Both the position numbers and the translations under genes were made by a program. The notes under the pieces were generated by a model. The model made no database searches. It saw only the letters and a list, made by a program, of their open reading frames with translations, and had not been told where the DNA came from. 40,238 bases of DNA. It comes from Candidatus Bathyarchaeota archaeon. Lineage in GTDB: Archaea; Thermoproteota; Bathyarchaeia; TCS64. Numbering within the stretch: the first letter of the stretch is position 1; each line of letters begins with the position of its first letter. The stretch is from contig JBDRQD010000025.1 of NCBI GenBank assembly GCA_043826455.1, forward strand, positions 1 to 40,238. The letters run 5' to 3'. Shown piece by piece: positions 36,680-40,238 of this stretch.

Positions 36680-38374
36680 GTGCCCCCCTTGACCGATGTT
36701 AATTGCTGGGATATCGTAGTTGACGCCTTGGAGGCTGAGGGCGTCCGGTACGTCTTCGGGCTTCCAGGCAACCCCTGGGCCCTGTATGACTCACTGTATG
36801 ACAGCAGCGTGGAGCCAGTCCTAGTACGCCACGAGGCCTCAGGAGCTTACATGGCCTTCGCCTACAGTAAGCTGAGCCGCAGGCCGGGCGTCTGCTTCGG
36901 CAGCCCAGGGCCCGGGGTGGCCAACCTAGTGAGCGGTGTCCTGGAGGCGTGGAGCGGATGCCAGCCCATGGTGGCCCTGGGAGGCTCCGCGGGCACCGGT
37001 GAGGAGGGTATGGGGGCCTTCCAGGAGGCGCCCCAGCTGGAGATGATGAGGCCCATAACCAAGTGGAGCTACAGGGTTCCCTCGGCTGAGAGGGCCTCCT
37101 GGGCCATGAGCAGGGCCTTCAGCCTTGCTGTGAACGGTAAGCCGGGGCCTGTGTACGTGGAGGTGCCCTTCAATGTGGGGATGAGTACCGCAGCTAAAAC
37201 CATGTATCATCCATCCGTCGGCCCCATCAGGACGAGGCCCAGCATGGAAGCCGTGAGAGAGGCAGCCGACCTCCTGTTAAAGGCTGAGAGGCCCGTTGTA
37301 GTGGCCGGCGGGGGTGCCTTCATCAGCGGCGCCGGCCCCAGGCTCGTGGAGTTCGCCGAGCTCCTGGGTGCTCCGGTGCTCACCACGCCCAGCGGGAGGG
37401 GCTGCATCCCCGAGGGCCACCCCCTGGCCGTGGGCCTGGTGGGCCTGTACCGGACCAGGGTGGGTAAACGGGTGTATCAGGAGGCGGATGTGGTTCTGAG
37501 CCTGGGGTCTAGGAACGAGGAGTTTCAGACCGCGTCCTGGAGCCAGTACCCTCCTGGGGCCAAGCTCATCCAAGTGGATATAGATGCTGATGAGCTGGGC
37601 CGCAACTGGAGGCCGGATGTGCCGGTGGTGGGGGACGCGCGGCTGTTCCTGGAGGACCTGATCGGCGCGATTAAGGGTAAGGCTAGGAAGGCCCCGCTGA
37701 AGGACATGCCCAGGGTCAGGAGCATCGTTGATGCTAAGGAGGCTTACATGGCTGAGGTGGAGGCCGAGGTGATGGCCGAGCCCAAGGTGAAGTCCAAGAG
37801 GGTGGTATACGAGGCGTGCAAGGTCTTCGGCGCCGGCACAGTGCTGGTGAACGAGAACGGCAGCCAGGACCTGTGGAGCTATTACTTCCCCTACTACAGG
37901 GTCCTAGACTACGATGGGTGTGTGGCGCCTGCCGAGCAGACCTGCATGGGCCTGGGGGTCGCCGGGGCCATAGGCGCCAAGCTGGCTGTCCCCCATAAGA
38001 AGGTGCTGTGCACTACTGGGGACGGCGCCTTCCAGATGTTCGCCAAGGAGCTGCCTACGGCGGTCCAGTACGGCGCCCCCGTGACCTGGATCGTGTTAAA
38101 CAACTTTAGCTTAGGCTGGATCAAGCTCCACCAGTGGGCCAACAGGGAACGGTACATAGCCGTAGACTTTGAGGCCCAGCCCGACTTCGTGAAGCTGGCT
38201 GAAGCGTGCGGCTGCTACGGGGAGCAGGTGACGGAGGTTGCAGATATCCGTGGTGCCCTTGAGCGTGGGCTGAGTAGGAACCTTGAAGGGGTTCCGACGG
38301 TCCTGGACTTCGTTGTTGAGCCCATGGACTTCCCGGAGGGCTTCAAGGAGTTCCACCCAGCCATATTCGGCTAG
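36680..38374 (+). CDS. Thiamine-pyrophosphate enzyme (acetolactate synthase large subunit family)
   Basis: VFGLPG, VRHE, GPGVAN, AFQE, KPGPV and GDGAF...NN. Confidence 0.93.
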   Translation: MPPLTDVNCWDIVVDALEAEGVRYVFGLPGNPWALYDSLYDSSVEPVLVRHEASGAYMAFAYSKLSRRPGVCFGSPGPGVANLVSGVLEAWSGCQPMVALGGSAGTGEEGMGAFQEAPQLEMMRPITKWSYRVPSAERASWAMSRAFSLAVNGKPGPVYVEVPFNVGMSTAAKTMYHPSVGPIRTRPSMEAVREAADLLLKAERPVVVAGGGAFISGAGPRLVEFAELLGAPVLTTPSGRGCIPEGHPLAVGLVGLYRTRVGKRVYQEADVVLSLGSRNEEFQTASWSQYPPGAKLIQVDIDADELGRNWRPDVPVVGDARLFLEDLIGAIKGKARKAPLKDMPRVRSIVDAKEAYMAEVEAEVMAEPKVKSKRVVYEACKVFGAGTVLVNENGSQDLWSYYFPYYRVLDYDGCVAPAEQTCMGLGVAGAIGAKLAVPHKKVLCTTGDGAFQMFAKELPTAVQYGAPVTWIVLNNFSLGWIKLHQWANRERYIAVDFEAQPDFVKLAEACGCYGEQVTEVADIRGALERGLSRNLEGVPTVLDFVVEPMDFPEGFKEFHPAIFG

Positions 38375-38876
38375 ACCCTGAGTATAGACCTATGGTAAGA
38401 ATGTTAATAACAAAGGGAAACCAAGATTCTAGTGTCTTGGAGAAGGAAAATAGGGCTGGCTGGACTAGGTAGACGCCCGGATTATGAGGCTGGCCCCATC
38501 CACACACGGCAAAGTCCTTCGCATGTTTGAAGTGATTAGTAATTCCTGTTTAAGTTTTACTGAGAAGCCGTTAAATAATATTATGCCTTTTACTGGTTGT
38601 TTTAACATTTTAGCAATTATAAAAATGCCCTAATTCATGAAAGAATGATGAATAATTTAATACTACTATAATGAAAACAGCAAAGAATACGAGGAAAATA
38701 ACTTGTTTTTTTGTTGTTTCATCTAAAGGTTTCAATGGTGCTAAAATAAATTGTTAGTATAAAATATTTAAAATATATGTGCGTAATCTCGTACAGTAGC
38801 TATTGGCGCGCGCACAGAAGCAGGAGTAATGAACGCGAAGTCATCTTCATCCAAAGTGTAAAAAAGGAGGAAGAAT

Positions 38877-39167
38877 TTATAGTTTTAAGGCCTGGAGCAC
38901 TTTCTTTCCTAGAGAAGTGATTTTATAATGGGAATTAGGGTAAACACCGAAATCCTTCTTTTCAATCGTATTATTTATCAATCCTGTCGAAAGTAAAAGA
39001 TTTAGATGATATTTCAATTCGCGATTGGCTAATTCTGACTCTTTTTGAACCTTTTTTATTGTCTTAAACTTGTTACCATCTCTGAAATACATAAGAAGTT
39101 GAAGGCGTGTTTCAGATTTCAGAACAGGATAGACCCTTGCCCAATCTTCCTTTAGTATCCTCATCAT
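38877..39167 (-). CDS. ArsR-like winged-helix regulator (paralog 1)
   Basis: VLKSETRLQLL, LKYHLNLLLSTGLI and YKITSLGK. Confidence 0.85.
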   Translation of the reverse strand: MMRILKEDWARVYPVLKSETRLQLLMYFRDGNKFKTIKKVQKESELANRELKYHLNLLLSTGLINNTIEKKDFGVYPNSHYKITSLGKKVLQALKL

Positions 39168-39246
39168 CTTTCACTTTCCTTTTTAAGCTGGGGACTCATT
39201 ACAACACAATCCAAATATTTAAGTTTTATCTAAGCTTTTAAAGTTA

Positions 39247-39264
39247 ACTCTAAAATTTTAGAGT
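39247..39264. promoter_or_regulatory. Perfect 18-bp palindrome ACTCTAAAATTTTAGAGT
   Basis: Seen directly, between the two wHTH genes. Confidence 0.45.
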
Positions 39265-39304
39265 AAATGGGATATAAGTAACGGACAGAAGCGGTAGAAG
39301 AGAT

Positions 39305-39622
39305 TTATTCTAATAATTGTAGCACTTCTTTACCTTTTTCAGTAATAGAATAATAAGAATAGGGGCGTCTACCAAATTCAGTTTTTTGGGTAGTGTTTTC
39401 AATTAAACCTGCTGAAAGAAGAAGGTTAAGATGATAACTAAGATTACCATCCGAGGAATCAGTTTCTTCCTTTATAGTCGAATAATTCTTTTTCTCATCA
39501 ATGGTATTAAAATATTCAAGTAGTTGAAATCTTTTCTCAGATTTCAGAACAGGTAATATCGCCAACCATTCATCGCGCGTAATTGACACACTCGGCCCTC
39601 CTGAGTTTGAAACAATCATCAA
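39305..39622 (-). CDS. ArsR-like winged-helix regulator (paralog 2)
   Basis: VLKSEKRFQLL, LSYHLNLLLSAGLI and YSITEKGK. Confidence 0.88.
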   Translation of the reverse strand: MMIVSNSGGPSVSITRDEWLAILPVLKSEKRFQLLEYFNTIDEKKNYSTIKEETDSSDGNLSYHLNLLLSAGLIENTTQKTEFGRRPYSYYSITEKGKEVLQLLE

Positions 39623-39687
39623 ATATTAAATCTTGTGTGCATATTTAAGCTTTAGACATTTAAAGTAGATTTCATTAATATAGAGCA

Positions 39688-39711
39688 ATTAATTTTTATA
39701 TAAAAATTAAT
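39688..39711. promoter_or_regulatory. Perfect 24-bp palindrome ATTAATTTTTATATAAAAATTAAT containing a TATA box
   Basis: Seen directly in the divergent intergenic region. Confidence 0.55.
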
Positions 39712-39723
39712 AAGTAAAGATGC

Positions 39724-40238
39724 GTGTTACCGAACGTTTCAGGTTTCAATGAAAAAATAAAAAAAATTGAAGAATTGGCATTAGGGCCATATGAAAAACG
39801 AGTTGCAGTTCTTGGTGCTTTTGACACATGGGTTTTAATGCATAATGTTGCAGCAATTTTGGCAACTGCAGGATACACAGCGGTTACTAGTAGATATAAC
39901 TATGTTGAAAATGAATTTAATAACAGTTATTCTAGATATGAAAATAAACCAGATACACCCAATCAATCTATGACGAATTTTCTCCAAGAAAATGTAATTA
40001 ATTGTTGTTCAAGAGCTATTATTTTATTTTCAGTTCCAGCTGCACATTATAATGAAGTAGAATGGTGCAGTAAGTTAGGAAAAAAGACTCTTGGCATAGC
40101 ACTTGTTAGAGAAATATATAAAGAAGATATGTGCCCAGAATGTGTCGTAAATTACCAATATAGTTATGCTTATTGTATTGGAAAAGATAATGCTTGGGCC
40201 TGCATATCAAAACCAGATTGTCCATTTAAAAAACAAGA
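39724..40238 (+). CDS. Partial ORF (runs off window): NDT/TIR-like alpha/beta domain plus Cys-rich region
   Basis: Open for 171 codons: KRVAVLGAF...CSRAIILFSVPAAHYNEVEW...CPEC..C..C..CPF. Absent from the ORF track because it has no stop in the window. Confidence 0.65.
   Translation, partial: MLPNVSGFNEKIKKIEELALGPYEKRVAVLGAFDTWVLMHNVAAILATAGYTAVTSRYNYVENEFNNSYSRYENKPDTPNQSMTNFLQENVINCCSRAIILFSVPAAHYNEVEWCSKLGKKTLGIALVREIYKEDMCPECVVNYQYSYAYCIGKDNAWACISKPDCPFKKQ

Noticed and set aside
12995..38356. Numerous long antisense or overlapping ORFs in the GC-rich core (e.g. 12995..13567, 15128..15943, 20248..21138)
   Set aside because: These are stop-poor shadows of well-supported genes with no recognisable motifs.

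Overview
This is an archaeal chromosome segment. Gene content (cofE, Lrp, CCA-encoding tRNA-Val, PGF-CTERM-like tails, short SMC) suggests a TACK archaeon such as Bathyarchaeia, which is an inference. It has three zones. (1) Positions 1-12843 are a mostly AT-richer accessory island, open to the left and closed on the right by a duplicated tRNA-Leu 3' end (att-like, 12822-12843). The island holds a 5'-damaged GmhA/SIS gene, an orphan DNA methyltransferase, an integrase remnant, a roughly 290-nt highly structured non-coding region and three IS110 fragments. It also holds a satellite-like integrative element: tyrosine integrase, divergent wHTH-C2H2 and RHH regulators, helicase-like ATPase with internal inverted 9-bp repeat arrays, and a primase-like protein whose catalytic residues appear lost. 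(2) About 13000-38400 is a GC-rich core with amino-acid/peptide metabolism genes, an ABC exporter, alanine racemase, cofE, an MsrPQ-like pair, tRNA-Val(CAC), a GT2 and a TPP enzyme. It also has a coupled three-gene operon for a short, apparently hingeless SMC5/6-like ATPase, a kleisin-like and a KITE-like protein. (3) From about 38400 to the end is a second AT-rich region with two paralogous wHTH genes and a truncated NDT/TIR-like ORF. All calls come from reading motifs by eye; no database searches were run.
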